Shown here piece after piece: positions 11,116 through 24,400 of a DNA stretch of 64,000 bases (its first letter is position 1; each line of letters opens with the position of its first letter). Origin of the DNA: Geosiphon pyriformis uo1 (lineage: Eukaryota > Fungi > Glomeromycota); assembly GCA_016748015.1 (NCBI GenBank), contig JAAOMT010000664.1, positions 1,183,518 through 1,247,517 of the forward strand, read 5' to 3'. The notes under the pieces were generated by a model. That model saw nothing but the letters and a program-made list of their open reading frames with translations, had not been told where the DNA came from and made no database searches. The position numbers were made by a program, and so were the translations under genes.

Positions 11116-14100
11116 TTATTTCCTTCTTTTTAATATTGAGCTCTGTTGAAATTTTTATTTTAAATTAATTTCATTATTTTTTTTTCTAATACTACTTGTT
11201 TAACTTTGGTTCTTATGTTTTCTACTTGTGAGTTGTTTATTTTTTTCTACTGATTAATAATTATTGTTTCTATTTCTGAATATAGTAGTATTTCTGAATA
11301 ATTTTAAAATATAATATATAGCCAATAAATTGTTTTAATGTGAAATAATGAGTTTGTTTTCTTTTTGATAAAGTTTTCAATTTGCTATATTATTTCTTGA
11401 TTGAATATTCTTTTGGATTTATTAATATATAGTTCTTGAATATTTAGCTTTTGTTCTAATTGATAGTAATAGTATAATATTGGAAGTTGTTTTGTTCAGT
11501 GTTTCTAATTTTCTTTTGTTAGCTCTATTGTTAAACTAATTATGGGTATTTTCTCAAAAGTATTCTTCACTTTTTTATTGTGCTCCCAGTTGTGGAATAT
11601 TACTGGTTAATAATAATACTATATTGTAATATGATTTCAGTCGATTTTTATGTGCTACTTTAGTTAAAATTTTGTTGTTTTATCTTAGTTTATAAGCTTT
11701 ATTTTCTAGAATTTCTTCAGTGTGAAATAATTTATCTCATTTAAGATCAAATTTTCTTCTCTGTTGTTTTTCTACTTTGATACAATATAAAAGTACTTTG
11801 TTTTCAATCCTAAATTCAACTAATTTACTTGGTAATTGGTTATTATATCATTTTTTTTGTTTTTTTTGTGACTTTTTAAATATTATTAGCTGTTTTTTGT
11901 CTTTTGTTTTCTAAAGTTTCTATTAGTTTGTATGTTTTTTTTAGCAATGTTTTTGGTAAATTGGCTTCTATTATTGGTTTTATTAGATATGTGTTGATGT
12001 CTATCTCAACTGGTAATGTTGCTGTTTTTTTATAAACAAGTTTAAATGGTGTTGCTTATATGGTATCTTGTTTCATTGTTCAATAAGCAAATAATACTAA
12101 TGGTATAAATAAATTCTATTTGTTCTGGTTTTTTTGGCTGATTTTTGCTATTACTTCACACAATGTTCTGTTGAATCTTTCAACTAAGTTATTTGTTTAT
12201 AGATAATATGATAATGATAATAGTTTTTTAATTCCGAATTTTTAACTTAATTCTATTAATGTTCTGTTCACAAAATGAGTCTTTTGATCTGATAATAATT
12301 TTTTTGGATATTTGTATTGACAAATCAAATTTTTGTGAACAAATTTGGCTATGAATTCTGCATTTATTCTTTGGATTGCTTTTGCTTCTGGCCATTTTGT
12401 AAGATAGTTTATAACTACTGCTATATAATAATTTCCTCTTCTGATTATAGTTAATGATCCAATTAAGTCAATTTCAATTTGATTAAATAATTGTCTTATT
12501 TTAATTGATTTCAGTGATTTACTGGGCCTTGTTCTTCTTTTTTGTTAACAAACATCACAATTTTGAATATATTAAATGATATCTGAATACATAGATAGTC
12601 AATAGTATTTTTTTCTGGTTTTTTACATGATTGCTTCTTTATGGAAATGTCTTGCTGTTAGATCTGAATACATGTTAAATAGTATTGCTTCTTTTTCTGG
12701 TTTTGTGATAACTCTAAATAGTTGGTTTGAATATTTTTTGTTCTTTCAATATAATATATTTTGGTAAGTGATAAAATATTTTGATTGTTGTTTTATGTTG
12801 TTTTGTTCTTTTTGAGATAATTTCTCCTTGAACTGTTGAGTATTAATATAATGTTGAAATTATTAATATTTTTGTGTATTTATTTTTTGTTATATTTTTG
12901 GGTTAAGATGTTCTTAAATTTGTCTTATTCATAACAAACTATCAGCATTTTCATTTTTTTTTCTCTTTTTATAATATATAATATAATTGAATAGTAATAG
13001 TTCTATTTTCTATCTTGTATAGTGGTTATTTCCAAATTTTTGCTTCTGAATTAATGTCAATTTTTTGTGATCAGTGTATATATCAAAATTTTGACTCAAA
13101 TATTTCTTCTATTTGATAACAGTCTAATAAATAGCCAAATGTTCTAATACTGGAGTTTTATAGTTCTTTTCCACTGGGCTTAAGCTTTAGCTAATATATG
13201 CTATTGGATATTCTTTTTTATCTGGTTTTTTTTGTAATAGTACAGCTTCCAATGTTTAACCTGATGCATTAATAATGATAATAAATGACTTGCTGTGATC
13301 TGAATAGATTAGTACTGGTGCTTGAATAAGCTTTTTTTTCAAAATATTAAAAGCTTTTTGTTGGGTTTCAGTCTATTTATATTTTACATTTTTTGTTTAA
13401 AGCTGGTAAAATGGTTAAGCCAATTTGAAGAAGTTCTAAATAAAACAGTAATAGTATTCAGCAAATTCCAAAAACATTTTTAATTTCATAAGATTTGTTA
13501 ATACTGAAAAGTTCTTGATTGTTTCAATCTTATCTGGATCTATTTTAATGCTATTTTTGCTTACAACATGTCCTAAAAACTTGAGTTCTGTTTTGCCAAA
13601 GAAACATTTGTTTGTGTTTAATTTTAATTTGGCTCTTTTTAGTCTTTCAAATACTTGTTGGAGATAGTAAAAATGATTATTAAATGTTTTTGAGAATATA
13701 TTAGTGTTATCCAAGTAAACTACTACTGATTTCTATAGTAATCTAGTATAAACAATTTCCATAAGCTGTTAGAAGATAGCTGGAGTATTCATTAAGCTGA
13801 ATGATATAACATTAAATTCAAAATTCTTTTCTCTAATTGTGAATGCTGTCTTTTTTTTGTTGGCTGAATTTATGGCTACTTGTTAGTAACTACTATTCAA
13901 ATTTAATATAAAGAAACATTTTTTTCCTCAAAAAACATTAAATAATTCTTGGATTCATAGAATCAAATAGTTATTTCCACAAGTAATGCTGTTAAGCTTT
14001 CTGTAATCTACACAAAAGTGGATTTTTCCATTTTTTTTCTAGACTAGTACTATTGAAAATAACCATGAACTCATTGATAATTAAATTAACCTATTGTTTA

Positions 14101-17100
14101 ACATTCTATTAATTTTTTGTCAGATAATCTTATGGCTGGCTAGTAGTACTCAGTATGCTTGTTGTTTGATTGGCATAATATCTCCAGTCTTAAATTATAT
14201 CAGTTTTGCCAAACTTATTTTTCTTTGCAAAAATGTTGGTGAAATTATTGAATAATATTTTGAGCTGCATAAGTTAAAGTAAGTCTAAGTTTCTCAAGTT
14301 CATTTGATCTAATTGTTTTGGTTGGAGCAAATAACATTTTTTTATTCATATATGATTTGTGATGTGATATCCACATATCTGCACAGTTGTAAAAAATCTG
14401 AAATAGTATTTGGTGGTTGATTCTCAACTTTAGTGCTAAAGTATTTGATGATAGTTTCACTTAGTATTTTAATAGTGTTTTTAGTTGTATTATAGATGAA
14501 AATTTTGATGTGTTTATTGTTTTTGGCTGGTATATAGAAATTGATAACTCCAATTTTTTCTGATTTACAAATTGTAGGTTTTGCTTTAAAAATTTGGAGC
14601 TGATCTCTTATTTTTTTCTCTATTATTAACATATATTAATCATATAATAGAATAGAAACTAATTGATTAGTGAAAATAATTTCTCTTTTATCAATAAATT
14701 CCTTTTCTGTCATATTAATCAGTATGTTTATTTTACTTATTGATCCAAACTCATTTTTTTTTCTGGCTGTAATTCCTAATTCTTTTCTTGTTTCTACTAA
14801 CACTAACTGAGCTATTTTAATCAAAGGTAGTGCCTGTGCTATCTTTTTATTTGGTTCAATAATATATTTTTTTTTGAGTTATTTTGTAGCATTGCAATAA
14901 TATTTTCTACATATCTTGCATCAATTATTCCTCTTCTAATGTTGATTTTTTTCTTTGCTAAACTAGAACTAGATGCTAATTGAACTATTGTTGTTGTTAA
15001 AATTTTCAGTGTTAATTTCAGATTTATGTTAATGTGTGAATGTGGTTTTAATTTGATGGCAGTTTTTCTGAGATATCTAAGATTAAACTCTACATTAGTA
15101 TCATGCACTTGTTCTGATATAATATCTTTCTTATTGTCATTGAACCATTTTAATTTTTGCTCTATTGAAAGATCTAAGAGTGCAATATATTATTTAGGTT
15201 TATAATTGGAGTTTGAATTATTATTGTTATTACTATAATAAATAGAGTTAGAACTATTATTTTTATTATTGTTGGAGTCTGAATTGATATTAAACTTTGA
15301 TTCCAATTCTGCTGTACACTCATTGATTGGTCCTTTCTTTTCAGGGATTGAATAAATCATGTATAGTAGTGGATTATAAATGAGATCACAATTATCACAA
15401 TATTTGAAGTCACTGGAAATTAAATAGTGTTTATAGAGTCTTGTATTTAATTGTTCTAAATACTGTTTTTGCTTTTCTCTAGTCAGTACTAGGTTTTGAT
15501 AATGTTTATAGAATTGTTTTGAATTATCTTTAATATTGTTAAAGACATTAAAAGCTAAGACATATTTGAATACAGGAAGGAATAGTGAGTTGTTTTTGAT
15601 TTTTAGTAGTTTACTAAGTGTAGCATCTTCAACTTTGGCACTCACCATTTTTTAAATCTTATGTTTGTTATGTAAATAGTCTTCTAAACATTTTAGTGCT
15701 CATTTCTATGCATTATTAATTAGAGTCTCTTTTTACATCCAATCATTGATTAGGATTGTGTACTAACATGTTTTGTCACATGTTTTTCCTTATCTAAGAA
15801 TGTTGTTCCATATTCTTTTATTAGAAAAAATTGTTTTACACATAAAACAAGGTTTATTGTCTCATTTTCCTTGTTTTTTTGGTTATTTAAAACGTTCTAT
15901 GATGCATAATTAACAGTAGAACTTGGTTGTCATTGGTTATTTTTCATTATTGCTATAGCATACATTCATTAATAATAATTTTTTACTATAATTAATGTAA
16001 CTAGTTTTGGCCAACAATACTGTAAGTTAATATATATAGAATATAAGTGAAAATAGTAGTTAAAGTGGGTTTTTTTTCTCTTTTTTTTTTCTTTCCAGCT
16101 AAGTATAAGTGGTAATTTGTTGTGTTTTTTTTTGGCCCATAAAACTTTATAGACTTCCCAGGTAGGTTTGTTTTTTTCTTTCTCAAATTTGATTAATGAT
16201 GCTTTGTTGTTTGGTTTGAAGTGACTGTATGTGACTAATATCTGAGTATGTTAACTATTTTAGCTAAGCTGTAGCTCTTGTATGGTCTAATTAAGTACAG
16301 CACTGATCTTGGACAGCCAGTTGTTATTAACTAATGCTTAGTATTATGTGGCTTTTATTATTAATACTTTAATTAACATAACAATATCATTAACTTTAAA
16401 TAGAAAATTGTTGATTTCACCAATTGAAATCTTTGTTGTTCTATTTGCTGTGATAATTCTAGTGCTGGCAGTATAATTAACTCAGTAACTTAATTGGTCC
16501 ATGAGTTGTCATGTGATAATATTGCCTGTTAACTTATTATTAAGAATTAGTTTGATAGAGTAGCCATTGACTTTCACATCAGTATATATCATAATAATTG
16601 GTTTTGCTTCAAGAGTGGCTCCACTGAATAGAAGTGTTTTGACTGTTTTCTCGAATTCCAAAAAAAAATGGTGGTAAGTAATTTGTTTTTGGTAATTGTT
16701 GCTGGTAAAATATTGTTGAAGGATAGTTGAGTTTGATTGGGTTCTGATAGATTAGGTGTGATGATTTCTGAAAATATCAAAAGACTTAAATAGTATTGGA
16801 CATTCAGGTTTTGGGTATAGCTAGTTCCCAAATTTTGCTGTTGAAATCCAGATTACTGAGCTGCTGAATTGGAGATTAGTTAGTACATTACTATTGTTGA
16901 TCACTAATTCTGATAGATCTGAATAGTTTTTAGTCTTTGATTTCCATTTTAAAATAGGTTTTGGAATTAATTCTGATTTGGTTGGAACTAATAAATAATT
17001 TGAGATTGAAGTAATTAATAAATTACTGGTGCTAGTGATTAATAAATTGGTAGTTAATTAATTGGCTGTATTACTTGAACATAATGTAATTGATATTAGT

Positions 17101-18940
17101 ATTGTTCTGGTAATTAATTACTGGTATAGTTTGGGTTTGAAATCTGTAATTGAGATTTTGGTATTAATTTTTCAATTATTGATTATGTTCTTTGAAGTAG
17201 TAATCTATTTTTAGATAGTCTTGTCTATTATAATGATAACAATTTTATGTTTTTATTTGCCACTGTTGATTTAATAATGATAATGAACATGTTTGTTGTT
17301 GAATACAATTGAAATTTTCTGGATTTTTATGACATTGTGGAGGTTGATATATTGCTTAATTGTTAGCTAAGTATCCCTCAAAATTTTAATTGATTAAATC
17401 ATTGAATTGTTTTAATTTAGAATCCAAATCAGATAATTTGTTTATTACTAGATTAACGGCTTAAGCATAATTGGCTTCTAGTTTAACCAATTTGAAATTT
17501 TTGGCATGTGTGATTGTATTTCAGAGTGTTTGTGAATGTAATGAGCACATGCACTAGAAAATACTACTGCTTAGTCCATGGATAAATTGGTTTAAAATCT
17601 GTGGTGCCATAAAGTAATTTATGTCAATTGCTTATATTTGTTACAGATTTCTATGGAAGCATTCTAGATAAGTAGTGACTGCTTTTGTGTCTTTTTGTTT
17701 AATAGTAGTGAAGACAGTTGTCAAGTGATTAATGCTGTTATTATTACTAAAATATCTTAAAAATTCAGTTTTAAAATCATTGAAATTTTGGGATTTCTGA
17801 ATCAAGCTTTAATATCATAAGTTAGCAGTATTCTGAAAAAAATATAAGATGGCTTAAAGAGCTCTAACATCATTCCAATTATTAACAGTGATGGTTTTTG
17901 TGATGTTATTTAATTAAATTTAAATATTGTCTTTCTAATCATTAAATTTTTCTAATTTAGTAATTGATACATATACTATTAGTAATAGTTATTGCAGTGG
18001 TTGTAGTTAAAGTGATTGTTGTAACTGTTATTGTTGTTCAACAATTTGGAACAACTAGTAATAGATTGATCACAATTGTTAGAAATAAGTTTTGGAGAAC
18101 AATAAAAGCTGGATTTAGATTATTTGGGTTTTGCTAAGTTGGAACAATCAGAGTTTAAATGTTTGGGTTTTCTGAAATTGGGTTTTGGTAATTAAATTTC
18201 TGATCTTCATCTTTTTTTTTTCTAAATCAGTTATTTCTCAAGAACTAATGGCTCTAAAATCAAGTTAAGATAGTAGTAATTAGAATCTTAATGATATTAA
18301 TAATCATAATTTAAATTTTTCAAAAAAATTGCCATAGATTTTCAATTAATTAGCTTTTTTTTGGTTGCTTTAAAACATTATTTTTATTGCTGGTGTTTTT
18401 ATGGTTGATGTGGATGTGTCTGTTGATGTTATGTTAATGATATTTTTTAGTGTATAATAATAAAATGGGTATATAAATGAAACTACTCTGGGTTTTTTCT
18501 ATGTAGATGGTTGTATTTGTCTTAATGTTTCTGCTGGTGTTTGTAATTTCCCTCTGTCTTTGTTTACATAGGTGATAAAAAATTTTTGTTAGGTGTAATT
18601 TTCAATTCTTCAGTTAATTTTAATTATAGTAGAAGCAAAGTTGTGATTTAATAATAAGTTGGTATATTAAATTAATTTATTGTAGAAATTTTTTCTTGCT
18701 AATTTAGTATCTGTTGGTTTTTTTAAGAAGTATGTAATTCTGTCATTAACATAACAATTGAAGACTAATTCAGTTGGCCATTAATTGCTGGTTAATTTTA
18801 ACTGTTAATGGTATTGTTAAAATAAGAATTTTGCAAATCTTAAGTAATTTGTCTCTCTTATTTTTGATTTTACTACTGTTTTAGATGGTTGTTGTTGATG
18901 CTAGTTCTCTGTTAGATTATATCTCATAGGGAGCATCAAA

Positions 18941-19834
18941 TATTACAGGTAATTATTTGGATAGTTGAAAACAAATAACAAACTTATAATTTAGTGCTTA
19001 ATAGTTTGTACAATTGGTATTAGTAATATCTAAAGATTTTAGTATTTGAAGATTTTAGTTGAATTTTTTATATAATAGACAGAGATTTAATGTTAATATC
19101 CTGTTGTGATGTTTCTAGTTTCTTTTTCAACTCTTGAGTTGGTATGCATTGTTGTTTATAGCTTTCTGGAATATTTATTCTGTCAATTTTTTTTTCAGTT
19201 TAATAGCCAGTTTCTTGGTAAGCTATTCTTCAATTCTAAGTGTCTATTCTTATTCTTGGGTTTTTTACCAGTTTTTTTCCTAACATTAATACTTCACACT
19301 TTAATTTTCTTAATCATTTAATAATTAATGAAACAAAGTAAAAAATAAATAAATAAATAAATTAGTATTTTATCAATAACCATAATTAAGAGCTATTGTT
19401 CCAGTGTGGTTAAGTGTTAGATTCTATTAATATAGAGTATTGATAGAGTAAAGATGATTAATATTCTTTAATCAAGTAATGATAATATGAATTCAAGTAG
19501 TAATTAATAATTTATTAATATCTAATATAAATTTTAAATTGTTTCTAACTGGTTTTTTTAACTAGAGATTTCTAGCTGTCTGTTTTTTTTCTGTTTTTAA
19601 TACTCTTATTATATATATATAATTGATATTCTATGAAATCTTATACATTTATAAGCAATGTGTTATAATTTCTCAAACAATATGTTCTAATTTACTAATA
19701 TTGCTCACATTGCTAAGCAATATGTTATAATTCACCAGCAATGTGTTCACATATTCAATACTATTCTCTTATTGGTCTATTTTTTCTATCTGTTTTTTTT
19801 ACTATTTTTTTTGTACATTTTTCTATGAGTAATA
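18941..19834 (-). repeat. 5' LTR of Gy-A element
   Basis: Direct repeat of 10256-11115, with adjacent PBS. Confidence 0.85.
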
Positions 19835-21454
19835 TTAGTTTATATATCCTGTTAAGAGTGCTTAAAATGGTAAGTTGCTATAATTTATAGTTCAAAATAA
19901 TACTATAATAAGTTGAATTTGATTTTTAATATTAATTTGTTATTCTTAATTATAGTTAATAGCTTAAAATCTTAAATTATTATATTTTAAAACTTGATAC
20001 TAAAATAGTATTTATAATATTATTTGTGAATATTAATAATAATTTTGAAATAAGTATTAAAATTGTTGAAATAGAAACAAAAAATATTGAAATTTTATAG
20101 ATTGTAAATATTTAAGTTATTGCTAATATTAGTTTTTATAATTCTAATCTAATAGTTTTTTGTAATAATTTTTTGTCATGTAATCAAATTTCTAATAATA
20201 GTATTAATTACGAAAATTTTGTTTCTAAAATTGCTATTATTATTGTTAATATTGCTGTTATTAGTATTTGTTAATATTTTTTTTGTATTAAAATAACTAA
20301 TAAGTTTTTGAATTTTCAATAAAAAATTTAAGTTAATTTTTTACTTAATTGAATAAGTTTTGTATCAATATTTAAAGTTTTGTTTATGGCTAAATTAATA
20401 GCTTGAGTATAATTGGCTTTTTGTTCTGTTAATTTAAAATTACAGACAAGTATTACTGCTTTTTATAAATTGTTAAAATGTTAAAGTCTAATAGATTAAA
20501 AGATATTGCTTCTTAGTTTTTTGATAAATTAATTAAAGATTTGCCTAAAAGTGTAATAGTCTTTTTTAATCATCTGAATTTGACAGATAGTTTAATTAAA
20601 TCTTTTAAAATAAATAGTTACAACTTTGTGATCTTTTTGTTTTATAATATTGAATTGATTTTGTAGTTTAATAAGTATATTGAGATTATAAAAATACTAT
20701 AAAAAAACAAGTTTAAAAATAGTAAAGTTATTTAGTTTTTTATTGAAACTTTGGTATTATAAATTTGTGGTTTTAGTTAAAAAAAAGATAAAACTTGAAT
20801 TGTTTTAGTCTTATTCTAATTGTTAACTATAATTGTTTTTTTAATTTTTATAATTTATATATATGTATTTTTTTTATTAAAAATTTTTTTCAATTTAACA
20901 ATATTTTTGTAAACTATAATTAAAGTAATAAAAAATTGTTTTTTTTAAGAAAATAGTTATTGATTGTTTTAGTAATTATGATAAAAGTTGTGTCTAAAAA
21001 AAATGTTTCTGACTGAATTACTGGTTGTTAAGATTAAACTTTTAAACAAGAATTCATATTTTTCTAAAAATTTAATCTAAAAATTTTGATTAAAGCCCCA
21101 AAAATAAAAGTTTTCAGAAGTTTTTGGAGTTTTTAATTGTAATTTAGTAAGATAATTAAGTAAGATTCTGTTTTTTAGGATCTGATAATATGAAAAAATT
21201 GTTGATAAAAAAATTTTATTTTTTATTAACTTTAAGTAGAATTTTTTCTTGTAAAATTTATATATTATTATTAAAATCAAACTTGAATTCTTTAAAGTTA
21301 AGTTTTGATATTTGTTTTCTTTTTAATTAAAGATACCACTTTTGAGTATATAACTTAATCTTTTTGTCAATTAAAAAAAAGTTTTAACTATAGTTTTTAT
21401 AATAATTGAAGTTAAATATACTAATAATTTTTGGTAAATTTGCTATTTAAGTTT

Positions 21455-24400
21455 TTTTATTTTTTATTAACATTTTATGAGTTTAGTTCAATTACTATTT
21501 AGTATATAGAGTCAAAACTATGAACTCCAACTAAATACAATTTATGCATTTACCATATGTAACCAGTCACTTAAATTAATCAAAGCAATACTAAGCCCCT
21601 ATATAAACAGTAGCTTTACTATCTAAGCCAAAAAAAACAAACAAGATTTGCAAAAACCAAAATTAATCTCAAATAAATCATTAATACCAATCAATCTAGT
21701 CACATTATTTGACAGAACTGGCAATGAGTCAACAAACACTACAAACACTATTCTTGAATCACCAACTAAATTATCTCTCTCTATATCTATTTTAAACCTA
21801 GATCTAAAACCTTACAACTCAGAACAGTATTAGACACCCAAACTGCATGCAAAATCAATCAAGATCTAAACAGTCTTTTTATGATCATCAAAAATTTGCA
21901 CTGCCTTCTTAAACTATTTCACAAGCACAAAGTCTTTGCAGAGAAGAATATACAAACCTATATCAAATAAACACAAAAGAAGAGATTCCACAATTACAGA
22001 AAAAGCAAGAAGACAAGAATCAGTCAGAGACTTCTAACAAGAAATATGCTCAAACAAAATTGTCTTGTAAGAGCCAAACTCTTTACAATATGTAAATACA
22101 TGATCAGAAAACTCAACTTTACTGCAATGCAAACATAAAACATTAGGATAATGTCTGTTATAAAGTCTTTTTCTAATAACAATAGGCACTCTTCCATAAA
22201 CAGCCTTTATAAAATAAATGTGCAAACCAGCAGAAGCCCTGCTTGTAGACTCTGACAGTATGTGTGAACCAAAATGTCAAACAGCCACAGTATAGACCCA
22301 ATCAATATTACGAACTGAAAAACCACCTAAAACTTTAGAACCAGAACCAATTTCTCAACACATCCAATTTACTGACTTAAAAATATCCTGAACAAAATAA
22401 TGAGCATTACCAAAAACCAACAGATTATTAGCCACAATAAAGCATTTACACACATTAGTTGGTAACAGCAAAGAAGAGTGAGCAGCTTTCTCTGCCAAAG
22501 CATCAGTACAAACATTACCCAGAACTCCCAAGTGGCCTTTGACCTTTGACTAAACCACAGAAATGTCCTTATTAACAATTAAATTTACAATATGTTTCCT
22601 TTCTATCCAACAACAATTATGAAAATCAAGACCAGACAACCTCAATTCTGAGACACATGCATTCAAAGCAGCCTGACTATCCAAATATACTATTACTGAA
22701 CAAAAAAAGAACATGCATTTTAAAGCCAAAGCAACAGCCTGTAATTCAGTTATTATAGAAGACAAATACCCAACAATTCGAATTTCAATGCCCAAATTAA
22801 TCTCAGAAAAAAATGCAACAACACTTCCAGTCACATCAACAGAACCAAGCTCTTTCAAGGAATTATCCATATATATAGTAAAAGTATTTAACCAGATTTC
22901 AAGCAAGCCACTTTTAATATCAAAAAACTGATCAGACAACAAAATATTATCAACATCCAATATAAAATTCCTGTTAAAAAATGCAGATGTAAGCACAGTA
23001 TTATGCAAAAATTTTGACACCAAAACAAACCAAAAAGACATAAGTCTTTTAGAGTTTAATCTCTTTCAATGTCAAAATGTCTTCCAATCTAAAATTTTGT
23101 TATATTTGTTTAAAAATCTGTTACAAAAAGCTGCACCAAAACTCTTCAAAAAACTAACATAATCATAATACAATAATGACCTAAGACTTTTGAAACAAAA
23201 AACCTGTTAGAACAACAAAAAACACAAAGCAGATTGTTGATTATAGAAATACTATTGTCTAAAAAAACATGCACAATCTTAGCCAAAAAATTGTTTAAAG
23301 GACTAATACACAATTGCACAGAATATTGCAAAAGATTCAAAAGAGCCCAGCCCAAAATCTATAAATCCAAAAATCTGTGCTTAAAAAGCTAACTGAGAAT
23401 TCCAGAAGCATTAGCAAAAATGACAACTAATGCTAACTTCCTTTTAACCTGAATCTGCTTAAATGTTTTCAGACCATATAATACAAGATAATACAGTACT
23501 TTGCTTGGAAAATCATATAGCAACCCAGCTTTTAACTTAAAACTTTTTCTAATTAAAGCATCCTAATACTGGCAAACAGCAAAAGAGATAAAACTAAACT
23601 GAGTGCAATAGTCAACAATAAACTACAGAACCACCAAGACCAAATACAAGAACTGCTTATCCAAAATTGTCTTTTTCAATACCATATTGAAAAAAAACTT
23701 AACATCAAACTGAGCCTTAACCAAACTGGGTTTGGACAAACTATCTGTAAATAAGAAGATACTCAAATATCTGTGAGGTACATTACATTTGGCAATCGAA
23801 ATGGGGGATCCACTAATCTTGAAAGCAGTATTTTTTACCTTCTTATTAATAAAAATGGCAACTGTTTTGTCATTATTAATTGAAATATTATTAATTGAAA
23901 AGAACTTACTGGCAATGTTCAATATAAACTGTGTAGCAAATTGGCTATTTCCAATCCAAATAGTATCATCCACAAAAGTCCCAGCTGTAAAAAAAAAGGT
24001 CACCTCACCCATATTATCAATTCTTTCTGTCTTGACTACAAACTTAATATTAAACTGGTAACTACACACATTTTTCTGTTTTTTGACTTCACACAAAAAG
24101 GAGTCATAAAAAATTTGTCAAAGAAAGAAAGAAAACACTTTATCCTAATCAAGATCATCAAAAACTTGATACCTATCTGAAAGACCAAAATTTGTCATGA
24201 CTCTGTTCAACCTATCTTCATAAATCTGACCAAAAAATTTAATAAATTTCTCACACATTTTGATATGCCACAAACTAGCTCTCAAGTGATGCCACCTAAC
24301 TAAATTATATGCTTTGTACATATTTTGCAAAACCAACCAAACCTCTCTGCTCTTTTCTAATACATCTTTAATTACTAAATTGACCACAAAAATAGGAGAC

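Larger units (their letters stand above)
10256..19834 (-). mobile_element. Degenerate full-length Ty3/Gypsy LTR retrotransposon, family Gy-A
   Basis: LTRs are 10256-11115 and 18941-19834. The PBS remnant TTTGATGCTCCC lies left of 18941 and the PPT AAAAAGAAGGAAATAA right of 11115. The candidate 4-bp TSD is TTGG/TTAG. Stop-riddled domains: gag (~18880-17200), protease (~16590-16250), Cys-rich region, dUTPase (~15130-14700), RT (YLDNTNIFS..FLGHVV, 13436-13714), RNase H, integrase (~12860-11620) and a 3' ORF (~11600-11130). Confidence 0.9.

Noticed and set aside
19106-19321. Hydrophobic ORFs in AT-rich DNA (also 47768-47953, 32263-32478, 37818-38153) as membrane proteins
   Set aside because: They lie in LTRs or antisense to TE genes; the F/L/I/V richness follows from T-rich composition.
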